From Mytilus trossulus (lineage: Eukaryota), in assembly GCF_036588685.1 (NCBI RefSeq), contig NC_086379.1, forward strand, positions 63,054,001-63,118,000: a stretch of 64,000 bases of DNA, read 5' to 3'. A program made the translations under genes and the position numbers. Positions 27,686 to 39,668 of the stretch are shown here, piece by piece (the stretch's first letter is position 1; every line of letters starts with the position of its first letter). A model generated the notes under the pieces. The model had not been told where the DNA came from and ran no database searches. It was given only the letters and a program-made list of their open reading frames with translations.

Positions 27686-27945
27686 GCTCAGGTGGTCGTG
27701 TAGTCTAGCGGGACGGCTGCAGTGCAGGCGATTTGGTGTCACGATATCACAGTAGCATGGGTTCGAATCCCGGCGAGGGAAGAACCAAAAATTTGCGAAA
27801 GCAAATTTACAGATCTAACATTGTTGGGTTGATGTTTAGACGAGTTGTATATACATTATGTACACAGCCATGTATCACCATCATTGATGGCGATCCGATG
27901 GATACATCTGTTGTAGGGTTGTCACTGACTCAGACGTACTTATAT
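27686..27945 (+). mobile_element. tRNA-related (SINE-like) repeat
   Basis: A-box-like TGGTCGTGTAGTCTAGCGG and B-box GGTTCGAATCCC, spaced too far apart for a standard tRNA; inverted copies at 28531-29233. Confidence 0.6.
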
Positions 27946-28530
27946 ATATATATATATATATAAACGAGTCTAAATTGAAAACTACGTTCAAACCTATGAC
28001 TGCGTTGGATAAAAACCGCAATTTTTATACGTGTGCATGTCAAACAAGTTTCGTTGTAGAAGGGTCTAAAAACAGCACAAACAACATTTTCCAAAAGACC
28101 AAAAGCGTGAAAAAGTATATTTAAACAAAACGCATTTGACTAACAGGTCGAACAACTGATGTTCTTTAACCCTGATGACTGCCATTGGCGATTGCCAAAT
28201 AAAATTGATCACAAGATGTAATAAAATGGATCTTAATATAAATTTAATACGTCACAGAAAAAAAAATAATTGTTAAATTGTGGACAGGATGTTGTGCCAC
28301 AAACATTCGGTGTCAATATTTCTTTAGTACACCATATCCGGATTTCGACAATAAGTGTCTCTTCAGTGATGTTAGGGATCGAAACGGTATTTGGAAGGCC
28401 ATATAAAAAGTACCCTCATTTTTAGAGAAAGTACCCTCATTTTTAGATTTAGTTAGAAAATATGATACATGCCCAAACAAAAAATATAAACGAGTCTAAA
28501 TTGAAAACTACGTTCAAACCTATATATATA

Positions 28531-29233
28531 ACTCGTCTAAACATCAACCCAACAATGTTAGATCTGTAAATGAAAGCAAATGTTTTGTTCTTCCCTCGCG
28601 GGATTCGAACCCATGCTACTGAGATATCGTGACACCAAATCGCCTGCTCTGCAGCCGTCCCTCTAGACCAAACGACCACCTGGGCTTCACAAATAATAAA
28701 GCTTTCGGTGGCCGTGTGTTACCTTTCCTCGTCAGTTTTAATCTAGCGGCGTACTACAGTACATGATATATAAGGCAAAGAGATGTTATTGTTACAGATC
28801 AGCTCAATTATCTATAGTAAAGGATCCTACAAATTAATGCAAGATACAGTCACAGAAAATAATTATATTTATAAGTACGTCTGAGTCAGTGACAACTCTA
28901 CAACAGATGTATCCATCGGATCACCAGCAATGATGGTGATACATGGCTGTGTACATAATGTATATACAACTCGTCTAAACATCAACCCAACAATGTTAGA
29001 TCTGTAAATTTGCCTTCGCAAATGTTTTGTTCTTCCCTCGCGGGATTCGAACCCATGCTACTGAGATATCGTGACACCAAATCGCCTGCACTGCAGCCGT
29101 CCCGCTAGACCACACAACCACCTGGGCTTCACAAATAATAAAGCTTTCGGTGGCCGTGTGTTACCTTTCCTCGTCAGTTTTAATCTAGCGGCGTACTACA
29201 GTACATGATATATAAGGCATGGAGATGTTATTG
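28531..29233 (-). repeat. ~438-bp tandem repeat (1.6 units) of the same tRNA-related element
   Basis: actcgtctaaacatcaaccc occurs at 28531 and 28969; gggattcgaaccc (reverse B-box) occurs twice. Confidence 0.75.
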
Positions 29234-29898
29234 TAAGGATTTAGGGTATCTCTCCATGACACAAAATTAGTTCATGCACAACAACAAAAAGCAAAGGAGC
29301 AGCGCTTTTATTGCTTTTCGTCATCTCAAAGTAACAGCGAGGCCTTTTAAGCATGTCACTTACAATGTGGAAAATTATTTTCCAATTAAACGGTACCTGC
29401 AATATAACTGTGACAGCAAAGATGTTATATTTTTTTAATTACGAATATCTTAAATTCTTTAACCGTATCTAAAATATTATTGAATAGGTCTTATTTATGT
29501 GACTATAGTTTAAACGAAGGGACACAAAACAGTGCTTTACAAATCCTTATACCATGGTCATTTTCATTCTCGGTAATTTCTGAGATTATTAGCTCGATTT
29601 TAGACAATCGGATTTCAAGTCACCTCCGGTTAGATTTGTTACAATAGTTATCAAAGGTACCAGGATAATAATTTGTTATAAAGTTAATATGCCAGACGCG
29701 CGTTTCGTCTACAAGATAAGATAAGATAAGATATACATAAGACTCATCAGTGACACTCAAATCTAACCTTAAAAGCCAAATAAGAAAAACAAGGACCGAA
29801 AATTTCAAAAAGTTGTGCCAATGCACACAACAGATAAATAGTCTAAGGAAGCAAAGTGAAAGATCTGATTGGGTTTTAGACCAGATATAATTGCTTAC

Positions 29899-30057
29899 CT
29901 GAACCACAAGTGGATACCAAAGGTTTTGATAGATCAATTCCAGTTTCATTGAAAAGTTTTTTAATTTCTTTTACATCGAGCATTACACCGCTTTCCTTAT
30001 CCACAATATCTTGGTAACAGAGATTCTTAGAATCTGGTATATGACCAGGCTCTATAC
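29899..30057 (-). CDS. MPST: MPST copy B, exon 2
   Basis: 159 nt; GIEPGHIPDS...KPLVSTCGS(G); joins exon 3 to give the canonical CGSGVT loop. Confidence 0.9.
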
Positions 30058-30514
30058 CTATAATAAAACAGAAAATTATTGTATTTAAAAACACGAATAT
30101 AAATTTTCTAAACATTGAATTCTGAGATTTCCGGCAAATTATATTACAGTGGAACTGCTTACTATAGTATTTGTTTTATTCAAAGGACTTCTGACTTCTT
30201 CTCCCAGTGGGCACAAGCCGTCAACTGGTTGACTTAGAGTATCCAGCCTGAGCTTTGGGAGTGGACATTGATTTGTAACCAAGAAAATTCAGAAACACTA
30301 GGTTCAATGTATATACATTTACCATTTAGTATTATAAGACATGCCATTTAAGTTTAATGACGGGGCTTTCTTGTGCAATTCGATACTCTGAGAAGAGACA
30401 GTTCAGTTAGGCCAGATAATATTTCTTTTGTCGTTCTGTACGATAGAGTTAGAACGCTATCCCCCGGTTAATCTAATTTTATATGTGTCGGAATAACCTT
30501 AATAACTAAACTAC

Positions 30515-31103
30515 CTTCTCTTGGTTCCGGTTTGGTTCCCATAAATCGCCCTTCTCCTCGAGCATCCATTAATTGAAACGAATTATCTTTTAAGTTGTTC
30601 GCAATATCCTCGTATGACTTTACTAAATGAGGGTGATAAAGTCCGTGGAATATTGTTTTCGGAACCTGAACAACTTCCGATGTCGTCGGTAAACCCTCAG
30701 AGCACCATTTCATAAAACCACCATCAAGCACCGACACCGTTTCATGTCCAAAAACTCTGAACATCCACCAAATTCTTGGAGCAGAAAAAAACCCGTAGTT
30801 TACACTGTTATCATAAACAACAACATGAGTGCTAAGATCAATACCTAAGTCGCCTGCATAACGCTCAAAGTGTTTTGTGTCCGGTAACATGTGACCGTAT
30901 GGAGAGGATTTATCACAGCATTCGTCAATATCAAAATATGACGCTCCCGGGATATGCTTTTCTTGATATTCTTTTCGACCGTTTCTGTTCGAAGATGGCA
31001 AGTGAAAAGAAGAGTCAAGAATCCTAATGTCTTTTGGAACTCCACTTTTCAAAACATTATGCAACCATTTAGTTGTGACCAGAGCACTTGCTTTCGTCAA
31101 CAT
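30515..31103 (-). CDS. MPST: MPST copy B, coding exon 1 (joined protein 297 aa)
   Basis: 589 nt; FDIDEC...PYGHMLP...DARGEGRF..KPEPRE, with MPST-type residues intact. Confidence 0.92.
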
Positions 31104-32652
31104 TCTAGAAAAGAAAATACAAAAGGAAAGGTAAAACTATTTAATATAACATATATTTGTCAGGAGCAATTCCTACTGAACATAAACGGTCAGGAGATAA
31201 ATGACAGATCATTTCTACTGTGCACCCAGCACTAAATATTATATCTAACATGGAAGCCAATTCAACGGAAGATCTCTCAATAGCAAATGTATAGAGCTAC
31301 GCCCCCAGATCCGACATGCATTGTCAGGAGACTCAGTACCAAACAGAAGATTAGAAAATTAAGCAAGTTACAAGTACACATACCAAATATGCGGCCACGC
31401 ATAATGTAACAAAGTTACATGGTCATATGCATGTGGTGTTAAAGAGAACATTTACTAAACTGTTTATGTTCTTATTTCCTAATCACAGGACCCTTTATGT
31501 CATTTCGAGATGGATGTTAACAATTAATGTTTAAAATCATACAGCAAACTATCAGGAATTTCCTGTATCCGGGTGACTTTTACTTTTTCTTGTCAATTTT
31601 CCGCTTATACCATGGAGTCACGATCTCTTCATCGTCAAACCTAGAAAAACGTGTGCACAAGTAAGCATCCAAATTGGAGAATCTGAAATTAACAGGCCAT
31701 GATAAAAAGGCGGACAGGACTGAGGTTTTAAATTAGATTATAGCTTACAAATCATTGTTTTATTTTAATACTCCAATCCATAAGACACTGAAACCATCTT
31801 CTATTAATAGGATCAACTTTTACGCAAAGACAGACATTCAGTTGAAGCACAGGTACTTGCTTTCTATCCATTGCAAGATCTACTATCCCTTTATAGGAAT
31901 CCCTTTCTAGGAATAGTAGATCTTGTAATAGAAAATAAGTGCCTTTGAGTTGAAGGCCGAATGCAACAAAATATGATTACTTGGGGTACCCCCATGAAGG
32001 GCCTCCTCGGTACGGTACTGATCGAGACGCTGTCCGCCGGTAATTCAAGAGTTTTAAACATAAACATATATCAGAAGTTTTTCTCAGATAATTCGCGGGA
32101 TAGACAAACGTTTAATGTCATCAAAAGTTACGAAAAAAAACTCGATGCATGATTGTGCTATTCGGTTTAGAACATGAGTGGCGTGGGGACTGTTTGATTA
32201 CTATGATATTTCGGACGTGACCCACAAATTACACTACAGTTGACACAGTTTTGAGTCCTCTGACCTAATTATGAGTGTTTTAATTTGAAACGTACACTTA
32301 TTAATTTCAGTAGAAATGAAGTTATGTAAATAGAATTTATTCGCGCAAAAAGTTTTTAACCAGCTGGTAACTAAGTCATTCGTTTACGCGACATTTAAGG
32401 TGAAACTTTTTCTCACCTTTCTGAAGGACAAGACTAAGCATTGACGAATTACTTCCCTTTTTGTTTTTGTGTACATGCATACAACATTGAAAAGAAATGT
32501 AAAATAGTATCATTAGCTTTGTAAATATTAGCTTAAAGACTATATAAAATAATAAGAGGCATGTCACTAATATATCTTACTAATTTGAATTAAACAAAGC
32601 AAATGTTTATAATTTGTATTAACGTAAGCGACATAACTTCTTTTGTGTGAAA

Positions 32653-32799
32653 ATGTCGTCCGACGAGGAATCGGATGAAATCGAAGATCAAGAAAAATTA
32701 GAAGAAAAAGTAGACTTTACATCGTCCAGACAGGCCAAAAAAGAAGCAAGACTTAATCAAATTATTTTCGAAAACGAACATAAAGCCAAAATAAGAAAA
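32653..32799 (+). CDS. SIRT7: NAD-dependent deacylase sirtuin-7, exon 1
   Basis: MSSDEESDE...RQAKKEARL...KIRK|gtatgc; 147 nt, phase 0. Confidence 0.75.
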
Positions 32800-34044
32800 G
32801 TATGCAAACATTTCGCACTACTTTGTATAGCATACACTTTTACTCTTACAACTCCAAATATATCATGTAACTTTATAGGCACAAAATGTGCACCATGTAA
32901 CACAGAGGTCCTGGTGGAGACAAGCAATTTTGCAAGAAAAATCATGCTCTCGGGTTACAATTTGTTACACACAGCACAGGGGCTTGTTACAATTGCCGGG
33001 TTTACTATCCATACGAACCCCTAAAAAAACACAAGGGAGGAAGCTAATTTGCGACAATGCTTCAAATTATTGTTGTAAATTTTTTCTAAGACTTTCACTT
33101 ACTTTGTGACCTGGATAAATATGTTCCCACTTGAATTATCTCTCCAATGACATATATTTGTTACCTTAATTAACCTATATAACTATTGTAATCCTTAAAA
33201 CAAACTCAACATTTCTGAAATAGAACGAATCGAGGCCCTAAATTTGAAAATGAGTAATTGATTTGATTTAACCATTCTTCCTTGGCTGAATAACAATGTC
33301 TATTTTTTTCTCAAGTGCTGCAGGAAGAACTTGTATTCTACAGTCAACCCTTTATTATATGATACAAAACCGTATATGTATTCTTATCCTGCTTCTATTT
33401 GAAGGGAAGGGCAACATTCAAATCATTGTTTATGTTGCAGTTCACTTTGTGATCCGCTATAAAATGCTGTTGATTTTAATGAAAAGTATCATCGGTAAAA
33501 TAGAGATACATGTTTTCAAGTGTTAACTATAAATTGTCTGCTAAAACATTAGTTCTTACTGTACATTGTAGGAAAATAAAACATGTATTTGTACTCGCTA
33601 CAAAAAAGGAGAAAGCTCTGCAACCATTGCATTTCGAATTCTCTCTCATTTAGATTAAAGCTCATACGAATAAATGTTGCATATTCAGACAATGAACGAA
33701 TTTAATAATTTTAATTTTTAATGACAAATGTAATCTACACCAATTATCCACATATGCAATACACTCTAAATTGTTAAAAATTCATTTTACCTGAAATACA
33801 ATATTTGCAAAACATAAATTACCTTTATAGCAATTATTACTTGGTCAGACTTGTTAATTTAGTAACAATCACTTGAAGTCTTCAGCCTACTGATAAATTG
33901 TAAAGCCTATCAGATATGTTACACCTTAGCATAATAGCTTTTGCAAAAAGACTTTTGAAACCTCAATATTTTAATACTTTGATTCCTACCCTTTGAACCA
34001 TAAGCTTGATACACCATTGTACTTAAGCGAACAAACAACCATCA

Positions 34045-34185
34045 CACTTTAGAGTGAGACGCCATCTTACTTTGATGTAGACCATCGCACTTTAGAGTGA
34101 GACGCCATCTTACTTTGATGTAGACCATCGCACTTTAGAGTGAGACGCCATCTTACTTTGATGTAGACCATCGCACTTTAGAGTG
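34045..34185. repeat. 43-bp minisatellite, about 3.3 copies
   Basis: Unit cactttagagtgagacgccatcttactttgatgtagaccatcg at 34045, 34088 and 34131. Confidence 0.9.
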
Positions 34186-34978
34186 ATCATTGCACTTTTA
34201 AAGTCCTACATATATATATGAATGAGGGTATCAGGGTTATGCATCATAAAGACTGATGTACATATACACCTTATTGTTATTTGGAAATCTGCGCCTGTTG
34301 TTCAGAGAATTAGCGCTGTCGACTATTGACATCATATACAACAATCACTTTTACATTTTAGCATCAGACATTTATCTGGTTTAGTTATATTTGTCTTACA
34401 TGTCTTATGTGTACAGTTCTTGGCAGATTGCTATTGAATTTAAATCAGAAATGTTTTTCACAAGTTATGTCGCGTAAAACATGACCAATGGTAAAAACAT
34501 ACAGAGAAAATAATAGGCTATCTTTCATTCATTTTAATACCTCCATAGGTTAAGGAATTCTGACGTTCAGAAATGTTTATAATGTAAGATCCTTCTTTTT
34601 CACCGACTAAAAAGTATAAAATATAAAAGGAAAGCTGAATAACAGTGTCTGTGTGGCATGTACAAGTCAACATTGCCTAGTTTCACCCTTGAATGACAAG
34701 TTTTACACATTGTTGTATTTTTTTTAAAGGAACCATTCATGTATACTAATTATATAGAGAGAAGCTTAACAAAACAAAATATCAGAAGGAAAATTCATTC
34801 AAATATGTCCTTGCTACTTATACTTTATGCACAAATATCATTAATTATTAGTGGAGTTAAATCTTACTAAATATTAAATAGTCTTTGGTTTAGAAGCAGT
34901 TGAGCAATTTTTGGATTATTTTTCCATGTTAACAGTTAGTACCTTTTAGACTGAAAGATGACTTTTGAAATTTTACAG

Positions 34979-35116
34979 GTTTCAAAAATATTAAAGAAAA
35001 AAGACCATGATATAACAGATGAAGATAAAGATATTTTGACACAATCTCCAGAAATAACTAATCGATTGGTTAAATTAAAAGAAAGGAGAGGAGCATTAAA
35101 ACAAAGAGTATTAGAG
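34979..35116 (+). CDS. SIRT7: SIRT7 exon 2
   Basis: VSKILKK...LKQRVLE; 138 nt; AG/GT. Confidence 0.85.
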
Positions 35117-35709
35117 GTACTGGTAAAATATGTATATAGATAGCTTTTGTTGCATATTTCCTCCCTTGTGCAACATGTGCAAGACGGTTTTGAAATAAAA
35201 ATAATATTTATAATATGTCAGGGTGACATAAAAAGAAGAAAAAAAAAACATAGAATAACAATATGTCACACAAACTTCTTGAGGGTGCCATTATAAGAGT
35301 AATATGTATATATTGGGTAAAAAAGAAACAGAGGAAAAGCAATATGTCACCAACATTTTTGATTGGGTGACATAATTTCTGGAATTTCTGAAATTCCATA
35401 ATATTACATATATTTACCTGACTTGCAATTCAAGGACGGATTTATTTTACTGAAGACTAAAATGAAACATAAATTTAACTAGTCTTTGTACATCGTTTTA
35501 CATTTTTTATGCCCCACCTAGGTGTGTTTGTCAGTCTGTGTGTCTGACTGTTCGTTGGTCCTGCCTCAGGTTTTTGTTCAAGGTAGTTCTTCCCTTCAAT
35601 AGAATCTTTCTAATTTTAACGCTGTTGTCTGATGTTGTTTAATGCCCCACTAGTATAGGGATAACATCTCTGTCAATTTACTTGATTATTGTATAAAATC
35701 TTGTTCTAG

Positions 35710-35814
35710 ATTGAAGATCCTGCTGAAGAACTTGAGTTGAAATGTGAAGAACTAGCTGAAGCCATAAGACATTCCAATAAAGTAGTTGTATATACAGGTG
35801 CTGGTATTAGTACA
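35710..35814 (+). CDS. SIRT7: SIRT7 exon 3
   Basis: IEDPAEEL...VVVYTGAGIST, the NAD-binding motif; 105 nt. Confidence 0.93.
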
Positions 35815-36097
35815 GTAAGTTTCTTTCCATGATCCTAGTATTTACACACTCTTATACATATAACTAGCTGTCAGTGTATGTGGATAATTACAGAATTATT
35901 TATGTGTGGAATTTAGTTTAAAAAGAAAAGATATATTTTAAAAATGAAAAAAAGTTTTGAAACAGCCAGTTTCACCACACAGATTGATCATATAAATGTA
36001 AAAGAACATTATCTAATTAAAGTCTTATTGATGCATGCTCTACATTTCATGTGTATGAATTTCTGTATTAATCTGAAAGAATTTTATTTTCTATTAG

Positions 36098-36168
36098 GCA
36101 GCCTCTATACCAGATTACAGGGGACCAAATGGAGTTTGGACACTGCTACAAAAGGGGCAACAACCCAA
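36098..36168 (+). CDS. SIRT7: SIRT7 exon 4
   Basis: AASIPDYRGPNGVWTLLQKG; 71 nt. Confidence 0.93.
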
Positions 36169-37309
36169 GTAGGTTTTCTAAAAGCTTGCATTATTCTTTC
36201 TCTAATATTTCTTGCAGTTTAATTTCAGCATCTATTGCATCTACAGAACTATTGAACTGACTAGTGGGTCTCATTAAGGTCTAAGCATGACGCGGGATTG
36301 CCGATTTTTTGTAAACGGGAAATGAGGTCTAGCGGGACCCGGGAAATGACAAAAAAGTGAAAATTGCTTACGTATATAGTGTAAGCAGGATACTGGAATC
36401 TGACAAAACAGTAAGCGGGATCCGGGATCGGAACCCCCCAATGGGAATTCTGACTACAGCTGTGTGTTTATTTTCATGTTTTGAAGATTTACAAAACCCT
36501 GGTTAAATTTTAAGAAAGGAGATTGATTTAGAGATTACTGAAATCTACAGAAACAATGTTTATCACTTTCCTCAGAGTGATTCTCCATTTCTGATGACAT
36601 CTTAAAGTAAAAGAAAGTAAATTTTCTGTAAATCAAAAATACACCCAAGTTTGAGGTTAAAATATACAGGGAAATCATACAAATTAAATCTGTTAGTATC
36701 ATCCATTCCAGCGGTGTAAAACAATTATATTGTGGTTCTCACTATTTATAAAAAGCACTGGACACCTTTTTATTGTTATTATTTAGATTTATAATACTTG
36801 GGCTTGGTTATCAAATTAGTCCACATTGAAGTTTAAAGGGTCTAAAATTGAACATTATTTGATTTCATCAAAAATTGAACATTGTTTGATTTCATCAAAA
36901 ATTGAATTCTTGGGGTTCTATGATATGCTGAATCTAACCATGAATTAATATTTTGGATATTGGATCATAATAGGTAAATGTCAAATTTAAGATGTTTAAG
37001 TTTAAGTTTTTAGACCACATTCATTCTGTGTCAGAAACCTATGTTGTGTCAACTATTTAATCACAATCCAAATTCAGAGCTGTATCAAGCTTAAATGTTG
37101 CTTCATTTCTTGCCCCAACTGTTCAGGGTCCGACCTCTGTGATCGTATAAAGCTGCGCCCTGTGGAGCATCTGGTTATTTGATGTATGCAAAGTTAGGAT
37201 TTTGACTAAAAATTAATTGTTGAATGATCATGGAAATGGGATAGTGTGAGCCAGAAACTGTGTACAAAGGAAATACATTTTTGTTTCACCCCTCATTTAT
37301 TTTTAACAG

Positions 37310-37382
37310 AGCTCAAGATTTATGTGATGCCAAGCCTACTTTGACACATATGAGCATCAAGAAGTTACAAGATGAAGGACAT
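37310..37382 (+). CDS. SIRT7: SIRT7 exon 5
   Basis: AQDLCDAKPTLTHMSIKKLQDEGH; 73 nt. Confidence 0.92.
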
Positions 37383-38151
37383 GTAAGTATTATATGAGGT
37401 TTGTTTATAAAGTAACTGATATGGATTGTTATTCCTTAGTTCAACAGAGTTGTAAGAATGTAGCATTTTTTCATTTTTGTGATCATGTATGTATTCATTG
37501 TCTCATACGCCCAAATTAGTTTTTGAATGTTTCTGTGTGTTTAAAATTATAGGTTATAGAAGTACAATATTTTGTCAAAGGAAGTGTCCATTCCAAGTAG
37601 GTCACATTTGACTTTGAAGTTTTATAATAAATTAAAACAAGAAACTACCAGATGATAAAAAATGTACCACTTGATAAAATCTGTTTTAGATTCTAACACT
37701 ATGTAATGAAATTATAGAATACAGGTCACATACATTTTGAATTTTGGTTGTGGAACATTAACTGGTAAAGAGTTTTTACAAAAAGTTTATCATAAAGTTT
37801 TAATTGTTTGTTAAAAATCCAGTAGACAATGTGATAGATATAGGAAGATGTGGTGTGAGTGCCAATGAGACAACTCTCCATCCAAATAACAATTTAAAAA
37901 TTAAACCATTATAGGTTAAAGTACGGCATTCAACACGGAGCCTTGGCTCACACCGAACAACAAGCTATAAAGGGCCCCAAAATTACTAGTGTAAAACCAT
38001 TCTTACGGGAAAACCAACGGTCTAATCTATATTTAAGATGGACATCATATTGAAGTCCAACCATAAGAAACATTATTAAAGTGTGCTGAAAAGTAATCTA
38101 GAAAAAAAAATCACTGCATTATTTATTATCAAAAAATTAACCCATTAAGAT

Positions 38152-38442
38152 ATTTTTATGCCCCACCTACGATAGTAGAGGGGCATTATGTTTTCTTGTC
38201 TGTGCGTCCCTTTGTCTGTCCGTCCTTCTGTCTGTCCCGCTTCAGGTTAAAGTTTTTGGTCAAGGTAGTTTTTGATGAAGTTGAAGTCCAATCGACTTCA
38301 AACTTGGTACACATGTTCCCTATGATATGATCTTTCTAATTTTAATGCCAAATTAGAGCTTTTACTCCAATTTCACGGTCCACTGAACATAGAAAATGAT
38401 AGTGCAAGTGGGGCATTCGTGTACTGAGGACACATTCTTGTT
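38152..38442. mobile_element. Helentron/HINE-like non-autonomous repeat
   Basis: tttttatgccccac...ggggcat stem, (GTCY)n microsatellite, end gtactgaggacacattcttgtt; related copies at about 35505, 45660 and 51380. Confidence 0.7.
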
Positions 38443-38450
38443 AATTCCAG

Positions 38451-38549
38451 GTATCACATGTTGTATCTCAAAATTGTGATGGTTTACACATGAGAAGTGG
38501 TCTGAACAGAAGAAAATTATCAGAAATCCATGGAAATATGTACATAGAG
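38451..38549 (+). CDS. SIRT7: SIRT7 exon 6
   Basis: [18 protein letters not shown]...[10 protein letters not shown] (QNCDGLH motif and catalytic His); 99 nt. Confidence 0.95.
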
Positions 38550-39431
38550 GTAAGTTATGTTACAAGGATCATATTTAGATTCAATAGTTTTGCATTGCAA
38601 TTATTTATCATCTTTATGTCATCTATACACAATTAGGCTGTACTGTTGATATTTTATTGAACTGTGCAACTAGTTTTACAGGAGTTATGCCTCTTGGATT
38701 TAGAATTTCTCTGGTAAATCACACCTTCATTTCGTGTAGCATATTTTTAAAAAAAAAGTTGATATATTTAATACTTTAAATTCAGATATTATTGGGAATT
38801 GTTTTTTTAATGTGACATGGTGATTATATTTACAATAAGAACTAACTAACATTCTAATATCTGATACATTTATCTGTATGCAGATTTTCATTAAATCACA
38901 AGAATTGATCTTTTCTTTCAAAAATGGGATAATAAATGCACACATTAAATTTAATTTCTGAATTTGCAGTAATTTTATCCCACTCCAGGAGTAGGGGCTA
39001 GATTGTGTGCACCTTGTCCATCTGTCTGTCTATTCTTCTAACAAATATATCTGTCAGCCCTTTTTGGATACTACTGTAACAGAATGACTTATTAAGTGGT
39101 CATCAGTCTAACATAGATGAGTTATTTGTTTGAGTGAATTTCAGATATTTAGAAATCTCTTCCTATTTGCTGATACTTTGTCTGTATATTGAAAAAACTT
39201 TTTCTTCAGTACATGAGTTGTAAGATGTGAGCTATTTTTGAAGTTCCACATTAATAAATTGTCTTATATGGTATGTCTAGTACAAAGCAGGATTTATTTT
39301 CATGTTCTCTTCCTCAATATGCAGTTGATTTTCAACTTTCAAACAGCCATCATCATGGTCATCAATCATGTTAAGCAAATAAAAAATCATCCTTCATAAT
39401 TAGTAAACTTATTTATTTATGTCTTTGTCAG

Positions 39432-39668
39432 ATTTGTTACAGTTGCCGGCCACATCAAGAGTACATCCGACTATTTGATGTGACTGAGAAGACAGGGGTG
39501 AGACGTCACCAGACAGACAGGAATTGTCATACCTGTAAACAGCCACTTAAGGATACTATAGTACACTTTGGAGAGAAGGGAGGGATGAAATGTCCATACA
39601 GATGGAAAGAGGCTGCAAAAGCTGCAGATAGATGTGATATAATCCTATGTTTAGGATCTAGTCTCAAG
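39432..39668 (+). CDS. SIRT7: SIRT7 exon 7, using the first donor
   Basis: ICYSC...CHTC Zn ligands, DTIVHFGE, DIILCLGSSLK|gttggt; 237 nt. Confidence 0.9.

Noticed and set aside
27686-27785. Functional tRNA gene
   Set aside because: A- and B-box-like motifs are present, but I could not fold a standard cloverleaf, and the sequence is part of a longer repeated unit
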